Source: Syntrophales bacterium
GTDB lineage: Bacteria > Desulfobacterota > Syntrophia > Syntrophales > UBA4778
DNA: 64,000 nt
NCBI GenBank assembly: GCA_963665615.2
Contig: CAXXQE010000007.1
Span: 1-64,000 of the forward strand
Direction of reading: 5' to 3'
A program made the position numbers and the translations under genes. The notes beneath the pieces are model-generated. The model had not been told where the DNA came from and did no database searches. It saw only the letters and a list, made by a program, of their open reading frames with translations. Position 1 is the stretch's first letter. Each line of letters begins with the position of its first letter. Positions 30,435 to 41,138 of the stretch are shown here, piece by piece.

Positions 30435-30992
30435 CTACTTCGTCAGTTTTGTAAATTTTGAACCTTCAATCGATGCTCCGACCATGAGTCCTTTCTGGCC
30501 AAAGACGAACCCGACAATGGGTTCTTTGAGTTTTGTGTCTATGGAACCCTCGGCTCCGATCTTTATCATGGCTACCGTTCCATCGACACCGGCTTTCCAG
30601 CCAGCACTGTTGCGAAATTTCTTCAGCGCCTTTTCGTCCATAAAAACTAGAAGGATATCCTTTTGCTGCCCCCCTATCTGGTAGCCAAAGGAGGCTGCGA
30701 CGATATTGTAGTAAGCGACCGTTTTGCCGCTCATCCTTAAAGCACCCTCTCCGTATTCACCACCGACGATAAACCCGGCATTGATAACTTTGGGCAGGAT
30801 AAGGACCCCTTTGGCTGCGTCGAGAAATTCCTTTGCCCCTTTTACCTCTTTGACAAAGCGCTTAAGGGCTACGTCGGCGCTGACATCAATCTCCCTGGCC
30901 GTAGCGGCCCAGGAAGGGCTAACCTGGAAAAAGCCAAGGATCAATATCAAGAAAATGGTTGGCATGACATTGGTAAAGATCTTCCATTTCAT
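30435..30992 (-). CDS. Ysc84/SYLF lipid-binding domain exported protein
   Basis: Signal peptide, AKGVLILP...AGFIVGGEYGEG, SFGYQIGGQ, GLMVGASIEGSKFT. Confidence 0.88.
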   Translation of the reverse strand: MKWKIFTNVMPTIFLILILGFFQVSPSWAATAREIDVSADVALKRFVKEVKGAKEFLDAAKGVLILPKVINAGFIVGGEYGEGALRMSGKTVAYYNIVAASFGYQIGGQQKDILLVFMDEKALKKFRNSAGWKAGVDGTVAMIKIGAEGSIDTKLKEPIVGFVFGQKGLMVGASIEGSKFTKLTK

Positions 30993-31814
30993 ATTACTTC
31001 CTCCTTTTCCTGAATTCTTCAGCGAGCGTATTGCCCGCGGTATCTCGCGGGTAGGTGAGCGAATCAGGACTTAATATCTCCCTGGGATCGAAGACCCGCC
31101 GGCGTTTACCCTGTCGTGTCTCCCGTTATCATAATAAATTTGATCCAGGGTTGCATCGAAAATATCTAGTGCTCACATAAACGTAATTCTTTCATAAGAA
31201 CCTCCTGGCATGGGATTTTGCCAGAGGACTCTACTTTTAACATGCCTTATTTTAGGGTAAACTTACAAAAAACAGAAATCCGAAATCTGCCAAGGAAGGA
31301 GACGTTGTTATGATACTAATAGAAAAAAATTCATTGCTCATTTCGTGCTTATTATTATCTTAACCGTTCTTCTTATCCCTGCTGTTTTTGCGGCGGAGCA
31401 TACGAAGAATGAGGTTCCTCATTTGGCCTCTCCTGAAAAGCGAAGATCAGGAAGTCGTGAACAGTAAGAAAAATGCGGTTTTTCAGGCGACCGGTCACAA
31501 ATTGGTCACAAGCGGAAAACGGAGAATCGCAATTGTATGATAAAAATAGGATCTTGAAAATTGCCTAAACTACCCGAGGATGTATGACCACTCCCGAAAT
31601 GGCTGCCAGTCTCAGCGTTGGGATTACGATTCAACATTGCGTGAATATCAGTCAGCCATGGATGCGGTCTCAAGTGAATTGGGCGCTGTGAACGGCCGTA
31701 TCAAATCTGTGTCCCCGATCTCCTATCTCTCAGCAGAGTGGGCCGACCGGTTTTGATACTCAATATCGATTTTTATATTGCCGGAGCAATAGGTTAGGGA
31801 GATTCCAACAAAAA

Positions 31815-33368
31815 ATGAAGGCCGAACTCATTCTTAAAAATTTTCAGACCATGGATGTTGCGTCCGGCGCTGCGGCGGTGGATATCATTGCAACCAGGGA
31901 GGCCAAAATCATCTATGCCGGCTCCGACAATGAGATCGAGAGCCTGATCGACAGAAATACAAAAATATTCGATTGTGGTGGCGCGCTTGTTTTGCCAGGA
32001 TTTAACGATGCGCACTGCCATCCATTTGCTTTTGCCGTTAATCTTCTTCAGGCGGATTGCAGTGAAGCCGCTGATATTGCACAGATGAAGTCTTGCATTG
32101 CGAAGCATCTTGACGATCATGATTTGAAGGCAAAAAAGGCATGGGCACGGGCGGTCAATTGCGATTTCGATAATCTTGCAGGCTGTTGTCTGCCGGAGAA
32201 AAAGCATCTCGATGAAATTTCATCATCGATACCGATCATACTCATTGACCGATCTGGCCAGCGCTGTGTTTTAAATTCGCGTGCCCTCACATTATGCGGA
32301 CTTGACAATAGCTCATCCGATACCGGGTCAAGCAGGCTGCAGCGTGACAGTGCTTCAAACGAACTCACAGGGCTGATTGAGGGCAAAGATGTGCGAATCG
32401 GGCGTGCTCTTCCCGCAATCGCTGATGAGGAATTGCGATGGGCCGTCAAGAAGATGAGCGCCCATTTCCTGTCATTCGGCATTACGTCTGTGCAGGATAC
32501 GAGCTGGAATAATCATGTATTTCACTGGACGCGAGCAAGGGCACTGATCGCTGACGGCAGCTTTGTGCCGCGGCTTTCGTTTATGCCGGGCTATGATGAC
32601 GTAGATGCGTTTTTCGAGGCGGGGCTTTTGACCGGATATGGCGAAGACCAATATAGAATCGGCGCGGTCAAGATCGCCCTGGATGAGAGTTTGGGGAATC
32701 CGAGACCGCCGAAGGAGCTTCTATGTGACGCGGCGCTCAGGGTGCACAAACTGGGCTTTCAGCTCGCATTTCATGTGCCGGACATTTATCTTTTGGATGC
32801 CTCCATGGAGGCGCTGCGGTATATCCGGGCGTCCTGTCCGGCGCCTCCTGCTGTTCGCCCTCGATTTGAACACTGTCCGTTCTGTCCTGCTGATCTCATC
32901 CCCGAGGTGGCACGTTCCGGTGCGACCCTGGTGCTGCAACCTAATTTTCTATACGAAATGGGCGAACGATATCTGAATGAGCTCGATGAAAAGAGATGGA
33001 ACTGGATCTATCCCGTCCATACTTTTTTGACGAATGGCATCAAGCTCGCAATGGGTTCCGATTCGCCGATGGCGCCCTGCGATCCTCTTCAGGCGATTGC
33101 GGCGCTGGTGACACGGAGGGGGAAGGGCGGCAGGCGCCTTGTGCCTGAGGAGGGACTATCCGTTGCGCAAGCGATAAGGGCGTACACCTGCGGAAGCGCC
33201 TACGCTGCACGGGATGAGGGGGTCAAGGGTTCGATAGTGCCTGGAATGCTCGCGGATATGATTCTCGTTCATAACGTTGAGTCACTTCTTGAACCGGACT
33301 CCGCGCAGGACGCGAAGGTTACCGCAACATTCTTAGGCGGTAAACTGGTTTGGGAGGAGGCGCGGTGA
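31815..33368 (+). CDS. Amidohydrolase family 3 (YtcJ-like)
   Basis: VLPGFNDAHCH, GITSVQD, RFEH, GSDSP, KGSIVPGMLAD. Confidence 0.88.
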   Translation: MKAELILKNFQTMDVASGAAAVDIIATREAKIIYAGSDNEIESLIDRNTKIFDCGGALVLPGFNDAHCHPFAFAVNLLQADCSEAADIAQMKSCIAKHLDDHDLKAKKAWARAVNCDFDNLAGCCLPEKKHLDEISSSIPIILIDRSGQRCVLNSRALTLCGLDNSSSDTGSSRLQRDSASNELTGLIEGKDVRIGRALPAIADEELRWAVKKMSAHFLSFGITSVQDTSWNNHVFHWTRARALIADGSFVPRLSFMPGYDDVDAFFEAGLLTGYGEDQYRIGAVKIALDESLGNPRPPKELLCDAALRVHKLGFQLAFHVPDIYLLDASMEALRYIRASCPAPPAVRPRFEHCPFCPADLIPEVARSGATLVLQPNFLYEMGERYLNELDEKRWNWIYPVHTFLTNGIKLAMGSDSPMAPCDPLQAIAALVTRRGKGGRRLVPEEGLSVAQAIRAYTCGSAYAARDEGVKGSIVPGMLADMILVHNVESLLEPDSAQDAKVTATFLGGKLVWEEAR

Positions 33369-33429
33369 TAATGGATTCATCCCAATTAACCAGAAGATTA
33401 TTGATTGTTGTCGTCGTTGATATCATTTG

Positions 33430-35094
33430 CTAACTGTCTAAATGTTTGCGGACAGCCAAGCCGATATTTTCCAGGACATAGGGTTTCTTCACGAATGGCC
33501 CGGCGCCAAGTTCCTGAGCCTGCGTCACACGGTCTGTCTCGGCATAGCCGCTAACGATGATGGCTTTCTGGCCGGGGTTTACGTCGACGATTTTTTTGTA
33601 GGTATCCAACCCGTCCATGCCGGGCTCCATAATCATGTCCAGAACGATCAGGTCAACAGGGTGTTGCTTCACGAATGCGATGGCATCTTCGCCGCCGGGA
33701 ACACTTGAGACGATGTAATTCAGCATTCCGAGCATGCTGACCGCCAGATCGCGCTGCTCTTTTACATCATCCACGACCAGAATGGATTCGCCGTTGCCCA
33801 TATATTCGGAAATGGCCCTAATCGTAGCTGGAGCGTCGATCTCTTGTCTCGTGATCGGAAAATAAAGCGTAAAAGTCGTTCCTTTGCCTTCTTCACTCTG
33901 GATATCAATATACCCCTGATGATCTTTCACCGTCCCCCAAACCACGGACAGTCCCAAACCCGTTCCACTTCGCCCCATGACTTTTTTGGTATAAAAGGGC
34001 TCGAAGATGTGTTTCAAATCGGCCGCAAGAATGCCTTCTCCCGTATCGGAGACGGAAAGAACCACATAGTCGCCTTCCCGGACCTCGTCATATCCCTTAA
34101 TGGGCTTGTCCAGATACTGATTGGCGGTCTTGATGGTCAGAATTCCGCCCTGGGGCATGGCCTCACTGGCATTTGAGACCAGGTTGAACAGTGATTTGCT
34201 CAGATGGATCGAAGAGCCGGAGATATTCAAGGGGGGCTGCGCCAGATCGGTTTTGATTTCCACGCGAGGATGATGCTCGCAGAGTTTCCCTAACTCCGGT
34301 GATTGCTGCAGGTCGGAAATAATCTTGTTCAGGTTGAGAACCTGCCTGCTGGCAACCCCCCTTCTGGCCAGCGTCAGAAGATCTTCCACGATCGCCGCCG
34401 CCCTTTGGCCGCCCCGCTTAATATTCTCGAGCTGCGGTTTGACCGAGCTTGGCTCAATGTTGGTTCGCAGGAGCAGTTCCGAAAATCCGACGACGATGCC
34501 CAGAACGTTGTTGAGATCGTGCGCCACACCGCCTGCCAGCATCCCCAGCGCCTCCATTTTCTCTGACCGCAGCAAACGCTCCTCCAGCTTTTTAAGCTCG
34601 GTAATGTCCTGATTCACGCCATACGTTTTGACCGTTCGTCCGTGAGCATCTTTGACGACGAAATGACGGATAACGATGTGGCCGACCGTTCCGTCTGCAT
34701 AGAGCATACGGTGTTCAATCTGTCGGGTGAAATAAGGATCCGTTGTTTCCATGGCTTCCCGGATTTCTTCCGCCAGCATGGCCATATCGTCGGGATGTAT
34801 AAACCGAAGGGCATATTCGGCGGACCGCATCGTATACCCACCGACATTCTCGACCGTGGTATGAAATATTTTATAAAACTGGTCATTAAACGTGAAGAGA
34901 TCAGAGACAACATCATACTCCCAGTGTCCGAGATGCGCTATTTCCAGGGCATTGGAAAGCTGTCTCCTATTAGCCTTCAGTTCCTCTTCTGCCTGCAGGA
35001 GCGCCAACGATGATTGTTCCAGTTCCCTGACTCTCTGCTTTAAAATGGATATCTCTTCGGTCAGTTCCAAATTTGTCTTTTTCCGGCACTTCAT
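33430..35094 (-). CDS. Hybrid sensor histidine kinase (PAS-HisKA-HATPase-REC)
   Basis: LAGGVAHDLNN H-box, NLVSNASEAM, DTGEG, FEPFYT, GTGLGL, C-terminal receiver. Confidence 0.93.
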   Translation of the reverse strand: MKCRKKTNLELTEEISILKQRVRELEQSSLALLQAEEELKANRRQLSNALEIAHLGHWEYDVVSDLFTFNDQFYKIFHTTVENVGGYTMRSAEYALRFIHPDDMAMLAEEIREAMETTDPYFTRQIEHRMLYADGTVGHIVIRHFVVKDAHGRTVKTYGVNQDITELKKLEERLLRSEKMEALGMLAGGVAHDLNNVLGIVVGFSELLLRTNIEPSSVKPQLENIKRGGQRAAAIVEDLLTLARRGVASRQVLNLNKIISDLQQSPELGKLCEHHPRVEIKTDLAQPPLNISGSSIHLSKSLFNLVSNASEAMPQGGILTIKTANQYLDKPIKGYDEVREGDYVVLSVSDTGEGILAADLKHIFEPFYTKKVMGRSGTGLGLSVVWGTVKDHQGYIDIQSEEGKGTTFTLYFPITRQEIDAPATIRAISEYMGNGESILVVDDVKEQRDLAVSMLGMLNYIVSSVPGGEDAIAFVKQHPVDLIVLDMIMEPGMDGLDTYKKIVDVNPGQKAIIVSGYAETDRVTQAQELGAGPFVKKPYVLENIGLAVRKHLDS

Positions 35095-35287
35095 TTGATG
35101 ACCCCATAACATCGAAATATAAACGAGCTTAGCGGGGTATTATTAAAAGTTTATTCTTGCGAAAGCAAGTGAATACCCATTGGGATGTCAACAAGAATAT
35201 GGTTCTCCTGCAATTTAGCGGTAAGTTAAGAGGTGAAGGGCATCAATAGGGTAGCAATGCTAAAAAAGAGTTGTGGGGTATTTATGA

Positions 35288-35353
35288 TAACGTATTGAAA
35301 GTATTGGTACCCCCGCCGCGATTCGAACGCGGGACACCCAGATTAGGAATCTG
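35288..35353. repeat. att site: duplicated 3' half of tRNA-Arg and its downstream flank
   Basis: 66-bp direct repeat (1 mismatch) of 46368-46433, ending in the anticodon arm. Confidence 0.95.
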
Positions 35354-35462
35354 TTTTTATAACTTTCACGTAGTTTCACAAATTTTAATAATTACATTGA
35401 CTATCAATAACTTATCTATTATTATACTTCAGTGGCTATCATTCAAAAACATCCAGTATCAC

Positions 35463-35488
35463 CTAAAAAGTGGGGACAGAGTGGGGAC
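35463..35488 (+). repeat. Putative integrase arm-type sites (left)
   Basis: CTAAAAAGTGGGGACAGAGTGGGGAC, repeated with 2 changes at 46300-46325. Confidence 0.75.
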
Positions 35489-35524
35489 TGAGAGGCGCAC
35501 AGACTCAATAAAGGGTGTCTAATC

Positions 35525-36787
35525 ATGACAGTAAAATGGAATAAAACGAAATATAAAGGCGTCCGTTATCGTGAACACCCAACGAGAAAGCACGGAGTCA
35601 AAAAGGACCGCTATTATGCCATCCGCTACCAGAGAGATGGGGTGAGGATCGAAGAGGGTCTAGGCTGGGCAAGCGAAATTGATCCGAAAGATCGTAAGCA
35701 CTGGACAGCCGAAAAAGCAGCCCTTGTCCTTGCTGAATTGAGAGAAGCCGGAAAGGGGCTCAAGGAAGGTCCTTCCCGCCTATCGGAACGCCGTGACATT
35801 GAAGACAAGCGACGAGCCGAGGAACAAGCTCAGCATGAACAGGCTGAAAGGGACGCCATAACCTTCGATAAGTTTTTTACAGAAACCTATTTGCCACAGG
35901 CAAGATCGGATAAAGGCAAGAAAACCGTTGTCCATGAAGAGGAGATCTTCAGAAACCGGATATCCCTTGAATTGGCGGACAAGTGTTTAAAAGACATAGC
36001 GCCATTCCATCTTGAGAGACTGAAGAAGACACTTGCAGATAAAGGCCTGTCCATACGTTCCATTGAGTACACCCTCGCGGTTGTGCGACAGGTTTTTAAT
36101 TCAGCTAAACGATTGGGTGCTTTTAATGGTGAAAATCCTACGGCGAAGGTGAAATTTCCGAAGCCAGACAATAGCCGGATGCGATTTCTTACCCACGATG
36201 AAGCCAAGGCCCTTCTGGTGTCCCTAAAGGCCAAGTCACAGGATGTACATGACATGACATTGCTTTCCCTCCATGCTGGTTTACGTTTTGGTGAAATCGC
36301 TTCTCTTACTTGTCAGGACGTTGACCTTGAAAGAGGAGTGATGACAATCCGTGACGCCAAGACCGGGAGCCGCTATGCGTTTATCACTCCTCAAGTTGGT
36401 GCAATGCTCAAAGAGAGAACACAAGGAAGACCGACCGACTACGTCTTTCAGAGAAACCGAAAAGATGGTGGGAGATTGACGAAAATTTCACACACTTTTT
36501 TTAGGGTTGTGGACGAATTGAAATTGAATGAGGGCATAGACGATCCTCGCTTACAGGTCTGCTTTCACACTTGCCGGCACACCTATGCGTCATGGTTGAT
36601 CGAAGAGGGGGCCGACCTCTATACCGTTCAGAAGCTATTGGGGCATAAGACAAACGTCATGACGCAGAGATATGCGCACCTATCAGAAAACAAGCTCAGG
36701 GATGCTGTGAAGGCCCTAGGGCAGGCTTTTCAGCGAGAGAAGGAGACAACCACTGCTGGCACCATTGTCGAACTGCCGGGGAAGTAA
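35525..36787 (+). CDS. Tyrosine recombinase/integrase
   Basis: LHAGLRFGEI (R), DAKTG (K), FHTCRHTYAS (HxxR), LLGH, RYAH (Y). Confidence 0.96.
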   Translation: MTVKWNKTKYKGVRYREHPTRKHGVKKDRYYAIRYQRDGVRIEEGLGWASEIDPKDRKHWTAEKAALVLAELREAGKGLKEGPSRLSERRDIEDKRRAEEQAQHEQAERDAITFDKFFTETYLPQARSDKGKKTVVHEEEIFRNRISLELADKCLKDIAPFHLERLKKTLADKGLSIRSIEYTLAVVRQVFNSAKRLGAFNGENPTAKVKFPKPDNSRMRFLTHDEAKALLVSLKAKSQDVHDMTLLSLHAGLRFGEIASLTCQDVDLERGVMTIRDAKTGSRYAFITPQVGAMLKERTQGRPTDYVFQRNRKDGGRLTKISHTFFRVVDELKLNEGIDDPRLQVCFHTCRHTYASWLIEEGADLYTVQKLLGHKTNVMTQRYAHLSENKLRDAVKALGQAFQREKETTTAGTIVELPGK

Positions 36788-36894
36788 CCAGGAGAAATCG
36801 AAACAAGGGGGATAGGCTGACGGGCCGAAAACGGGAATCCTCACCCGCTGCCCCCTTTCAAAACAGCGAGTAAGCTTTAAGAAGGATTAGGACA

Positions 36895-37617
36895 ATGATG
36901 AAAAAAGAAAAAGCCTTTGATAAAATATTGCAAAGAGTTATCAGCAATATTTTGAAGAGGAGTGCTGTTCTTGAAGTTCCGGAATATCAGAAAGACCTCC
37001 ATATTTATTTTGATAAGATATCTAAGAAAATAGATCCCGTGATCCTTTCTGTACTTGTTAAGTTAAAAGAGGGGGAAGAATTAAAAATAGACAAAAATAA
37101 TATTTTAAAACTTTGTCCGTTCTTTACCACAGATAGAGAAAAGATGAGAAAAAAGTATGGATTGCCTTTTGTATTTACTGGTCACCCCGAAGTACTGCGC
37201 ATTCAGGTTGCGTTTTATCAATTTTTTGCATCATCAGACAGAACTTTTTTTGATGTTCCAGAGACTGGAGTTATTATTTCTGGTTCTGGTAAAGTCGATG
37301 GGAGATATCTTAACTTACAGATCGACCTGACAAAAAACAAAACGGAAATAATAAATCATATAAAAAACTTGTATGATTATTTTGAATGTTCTATTCAAAA
37401 GCCCCCCAAAACGACTTCAAAAGAACCTGCCTTCTATGATCCACTTGTGATCTATAAAATGACAACAAAGGGGAAAACGTCAATTTATGGAATGGCAAAG
37501 ATGATTAATGAGGACCAGGATAGTGGGAAATTTAAAGCAACTAAACAAATGCTTCAGCGTGCTTATATCAAAGCTGAAGAAATGATCCAAAAAGAGAAAG
37601 AGAGAATAAAGTTGTAG
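36895..37617 (+). CDS. Hypothetical protein (AT-rich gene)
   Basis: 240-aa ORF with AGGA RBS; no recognised motif. Confidence 0.7.
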   Translation: MMKKEKAFDKILQRVISNILKRSAVLEVPEYQKDLHIYFDKISKKIDPVILSVLVKLKEGEELKIDKNNILKLCPFFTTDREKMRKKYGLPFVFTGHPEVLRIQVAFYQFFASSDRTFFDVPETGVIISGSGKVDGRYLNLQIDLTKNKTEIINHIKNLYDYFECSIQKPPKTTSKEPAFYDPLVIYKMTTKGKTSIYGMAKMINEDQDSGKFKATKQMLQRAYIKAEEMIQKEKERIKL

Positions 37618-37810
37618 CGTATGAATAACATCCTGATATCTGATTAAGGATACTACTGCCCTTACATCTTATTAACCCTCCTAATAAATCCCTTCAGTAG
37701 CTACGAATTAAATTGAAAAAATACGTATCTAAACTCACGCCTTCATGAAGTTTAAATTATCTCCAGAAAGAAGCAAAAGGTTTCTTTTGAATACTCTGGA
37801 GGTAAAACAA

Positions 37811-38068
37811 ATGTCACAGGAATCGAAACCCGATCTATCGGCAATACGCCGGGAACTCCCACCCTACCTGAGCAGGAAACACCCGCGCTTTCGAGAGTTG
37901 ACGGGCTATAGCGCGCGAAGTATGGCAAACTTGGACTGCATCGGTCAAGGTCCGAAAGTCCGCATCATGCTCGGCGGCGCAGTCTGCTATGAACGTGATT
38001 CTCTCATCGCCTGGCTAGAAGAGCGCGCGCGTTTACTTCCGGAAAGAAAGGGGCCATGCCATGATTGA
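37811..38068 (+). CDS. AlpA/excisionase-like DNA-binding protein
   Basis: GGAGG RBS; LTGYSARSMANLD..GQGP...GAVCYERDSLIAWLE; overlaps the primase start. Confidence 0.75.
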   Translation: MSQESKPDLSAIRRELPPYLSRKHPRFRELTGYSARSMANLDCIGQGPKVRIMLGGAVCYERDSLIAWLEERARLLPERKGPCHD

Positions 38069-40319
38069 ACCGGTTCCTGAAAACATCCCCGACGAACTGA
38101 GGCAATATCCGCAATGGGTGAATTGGCAAGCCGTCGAGCGCGACGGTAAAATCACCAAACCGCCCTATCAGTCTGACGGACAACCGGCAAAGAGCAATGA
38201 CCCTGCAACTTGGAACAGTTTCCCTGTGGTACTGGCAGCAGCACACGGCTTTGACGGTGTCGGCTTTGTCCTAACACAGGATGACCCTTTCGTCGGTCTG
38301 GACTTCGATCATTGCCGATGCCGTGCCTTCGATAACCTTGATTCTGAGATTGCTGTTGGTCTGATTCAGCCGGAGATTGCCGCACATATCAAGAAACTGG
38401 ACAGCTACACAGAGATTTCACCAAGCGGGCGCGGCATCAGGGTTTTGCTCAAGGGCAAACTTTCTGTGAATGGAAAACGGAAGGGTCCAATAGAAGCCTA
38501 CCAGTCGGGCCGCTACGTCACTATCACCGGACACACCCTTGAAGGGTTCCCGAAGACCATAGAGTACAGGCAGAAAGAGCTTGACGCTTTTTATGGCACC
38601 GTATTCGGTGAGCATCCAGAACCGACCAGCGCGCCGACAGTTAATCGAACAATGACAGCGGACTGGCGCGAAGGTCTGGAAAAGGCTTTTAACTCCAAGA
38701 GCGGCGCGGACATCAGAAGGCTTTGGGACGGCGATTATTCCGACTATCCGTCACAATCTGAAGCTGACCTAGCCTTGTGTTCTCATCTTGCTTGCTGGCT
38801 TAGCGGTGACGTTGGCTCAATTGATTCGGCTTTCCGTGAATCGGGCCTCTTTAGGGACAAGTGGGACAAGAAACACCATAGCGACGGACGCACCTATGGA
38901 CAAGCGACGATTCAGGAAGCGTTGAAACACTATCAGGAGAAGTCACAGGGAGAGGGACCAGCAGAGACGGAGATCCGCGAAGATTGGCCAACGCTCGCAA
39001 ACGATGCCTTGCCGGGATGGATAGGGGATTTTGTTCGTCTTGCTTGTGAACATTCCGAGGCTGATCCCGCTGCGGTACTTATCACGCTTTTAACGCGCTT
39101 TGCAGCCGAGATTGGAAGCGGGCCTTATATCAACATCGGAGATGCAAAACACAGATGCAGGACGTATGTCGTTATTGTGGGGGCGTCATCAAAAAGCAGA
39201 AAGGGCACTTCATCACATCCCGTGGCACGCCTCTTTGCCGAAATCCCTTCCGGGTGCCGTTGCTCATCGGGGCCACTGAGTAGTGGCGAAGGTCTTATCT
39301 ATGCCGTGCGCGATGAAGTGAAGGAATGGGACAAGAAAAAACAAGAATACGAAATCTCAGACCCCGGAGTTACAGATAAACGTCTTTTCGTGCTTGATGA
39401 AGAGATGGCGGCAGCACTTCATTGCACAAAACGGGAAGGGAATACGTTATCAGCCATCATCCGTGGACTCTATGATGATGGAAACGCTGAACCCTTAACG
39501 AAATCGTCCCGAATTAAAGCAACAGGGGCACATGTTGTCATCGTCACACATATCACAGAGGGAGAACTCATTTTCCTATTTAGTCAGGTTCAGATGAGCA
39601 ACGGCTTCGCTAATCGCTTTTTGTGGATCTTATCGAGACGCCAACGGTTGATGCCACTTCCTTCGCCGATGCCTGACAGCGAACTTTATCCTATCCGTGA
39701 GACCGTCACCCAAAGAATCAATGAAGCACGCTCCCTTTCGGAAATCAGATTCAGTCACGACGCTTCCGAACTGTGGGCAGAGGCCTATCCGGTTTTAACG
39801 ATGGACTACGCCGGGGTCACAGGGTCAATCGTGAACAGGCTCGAAGCGCACACCGTGAGGCTTTCCCTTATGTATGCGCTGGCAGCTGGACACAGAGAGA
39901 TTAAGATTGATGACCTACGGGCCGCTCTCTCTCTTGTGGACTATGCGCGACGATCAGCTTTTAAGATTTTCGGCGGCGCAATTGGTGATCGAAAAAAGCA
40001 AAGAATCCTCGAAGCACTTCAGAAGGCGGAAGGCAAGCAGATGACTTTATCGGACATCCGCGACATCGTGTTTAGCCGTCACATACAATCGGAAGAACTT
40101 CATCGAATTGTCCAGGAACTCAAAGAATCGTCTCTTGTCGATATCGATAAAATCAGCACCGGCGGTGCCCCAAAGACTATCGTAAAACTTTTTTCGTATT
40201 GCGAGAAAAGCGAGAAAAGGGACAATCATGCACACCTTATCGCGCTTAACACGCTTAACGCGCATAAGCAAAAAGAAATTTCAATCCTTCGTGACGACTT
40301 ATTGGAGATCACGCTATGA
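38061..40319 (+). CDS. Primase-polymerase (NrS-1-like) fused to a DUF3987/YfjI-type helicase domain
   Basis: IPDELRQYPQWV.W, SNDPATW, GLDFD, YTEISPSGRG, YQSGRYVTITG, SQSEADLALC; then GASSKSRKG, LSSGEGLI, GFANRFL. Confidence 0.85.
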   Translation: MIEPVPENIPDELRQYPQWVNWQAVERDGKITKPPYQSDGQPAKSNDPATWNSFPVVLAAAHGFDGVGFVLTQDDPFVGLDFDHCRCRAFDNLDSEIAVGLIQPEIAAHIKKLDSYTEISPSGRGIRVLLKGKLSVNGKRKGPIEAYQSGRYVTITGHTLEGFPKTIEYRQKELDAFYGTVFGEHPEPTSAPTVNRTMTADWREGLEKAFNSKSGADIRRLWDGDYSDYPSQSEADLALCSHLACWLSGDVGSIDSAFRESGLFRDKWDKKHHSDGRTYGQATIQEALKHYQEKSQGEGPAETEIREDWPTLANDALPGWIGDFVRLACEHSEADPAAVLITLLTRFAAEIGSGPYINIGDAKHRCRTYVVIVGASSKSRKGTSSHPVARLFAEIPSGCRCSSGPLSSGEGLIYAVRDEVKEWDKKKQEYEISDPGVTDKRLFVLDEEMAAALHCTKREGNTLSAIIRGLYDDGNAEPLTKSSRIKATGAHVVIVTHITEGELIFLFSQVQMSNGFANRFLWILSRRQRLMPLPSPMPDSELYPIRETVTQRINEARSLSEIRFSHDASELWAEAYPVLTMDYAGVTGSIVNRLEAHTVRLSLMYALAAGHREIKIDDLRAALSLVDYARRSAFKIFGGAIGDRKKQRILEALQKAEGKQMTLSDIRDIVFSRHIQSEELHRIVQELKESSLVDIDKISTGGAPKTIVKLFSYCEKSEKRDNHAHLIALNTLNAHKQKEISILRDDLLEITL

Positions 40320-40780
40320 GACCCCGACTTTTAACCGAAATTGTAAACGTCGGTTATGAAATCTTTCTGGAAGGGAATCATCTCAGGTTGAGCTACAGGA
40401 AGCCAGGCAATCCCCCAGAGACGGTTAAACCTCTTATCGACGAATTACGAGCTTGTAAGGATGAGGCCCTTGCTCTGTTGAAGGCAAATCACGTATCGCC
40501 TGAACCTTTCGAAGCTTGGCGCAACACGGAAGCATTCGACCCGGTTACTTGGTTCTTAAACGCCGAACTTCCTCAAGAGCCGTTTTCACTTTCACTCTGG
40601 GAGTTTATTTGCAATCCGAAAAAGTATTACGACTTTTTAAAACTGGATATTGCCTTCGGGCCAGAAGGTCCACGAGCACGCACAGGAGCCTTACAGAATG
40701 ATCTGAAACGTTTAAAAATTTTTACGAATACTTATCAAAAAATGACAGGAGGACATGATTATGGAAACAAACCAAAATGA
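40316..40780 (+). CDS. Hypothetical protein, N-terminus resembles the TubC_N docking domain
   Basis: LLTEI..VGYEIFLEGNHLRL...LRACKDEALALL; ATGA overlap with the primase stop. Confidence 0.6.
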   Translation: MRPRLLTEIVNVGYEIFLEGNHLRLSYRKPGNPPETVKPLIDELRACKDEALALLKANHVSPEPFEAWRNTEAFDPVTWFLNAELPQEPFSLSLWEFICNPKKYYDFLKLDIAFGPEGPRARTGALQNDLKRLKIFTNTYQKMTGGHDYGNKPK

Positions 40781-41129
40781 CGACCTGAACTTTGAGGATC
40801 TGCACATTCTGGAATTACCCGAACGGCTCAGTTATGACCAGCGGGAGCGCCTGAAAAGGAAGGGATGGGATCTCTACCGTAACGGACCTTCCATTTTTGA
40901 TAAACTCCGTGGTGCCGTTATGATTGGTGTAGCGCACTTTCATCGGTCTAAAGAATCCATTGAGGGTCAAGGACTAGAGCATCCAAGCTTTGATGAATAT
41001 GCCCGTCATTGGCTATGGGCTAACGGTGACGATTTCTTTGCAGGGGAACCCCTTCGAATATTGAATCAGATGTTCCGCAAACCCCTCAAGCCCCATATGA
41101 CCAAAAACTCGACCTATTGGGACCAGTAG
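40755..41129 (+). CDS. Hypothetical protein
   Basis: 124-aa ORF, AGGAGG RBS, overlaps the previous gene. Confidence 0.7.
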   Translation: MIMETNQNDDLNFEDLHILELPERLSYDQRERLKRKGWDLYRNGPSIFDKLRGAVMIGVAHFHRSKESIEGQGLEHPSFDEYARHWLWANGDDFFAGEPLRILNQMFRKPLKPHMTKNSTYWDQ

Positions 41130-41138
41130 CGCGATTTT

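Noticed and set aside
35305..35353. Second tRNA-Arg gene
   Set aside because: Only the 3' half is present; it is the att duplication
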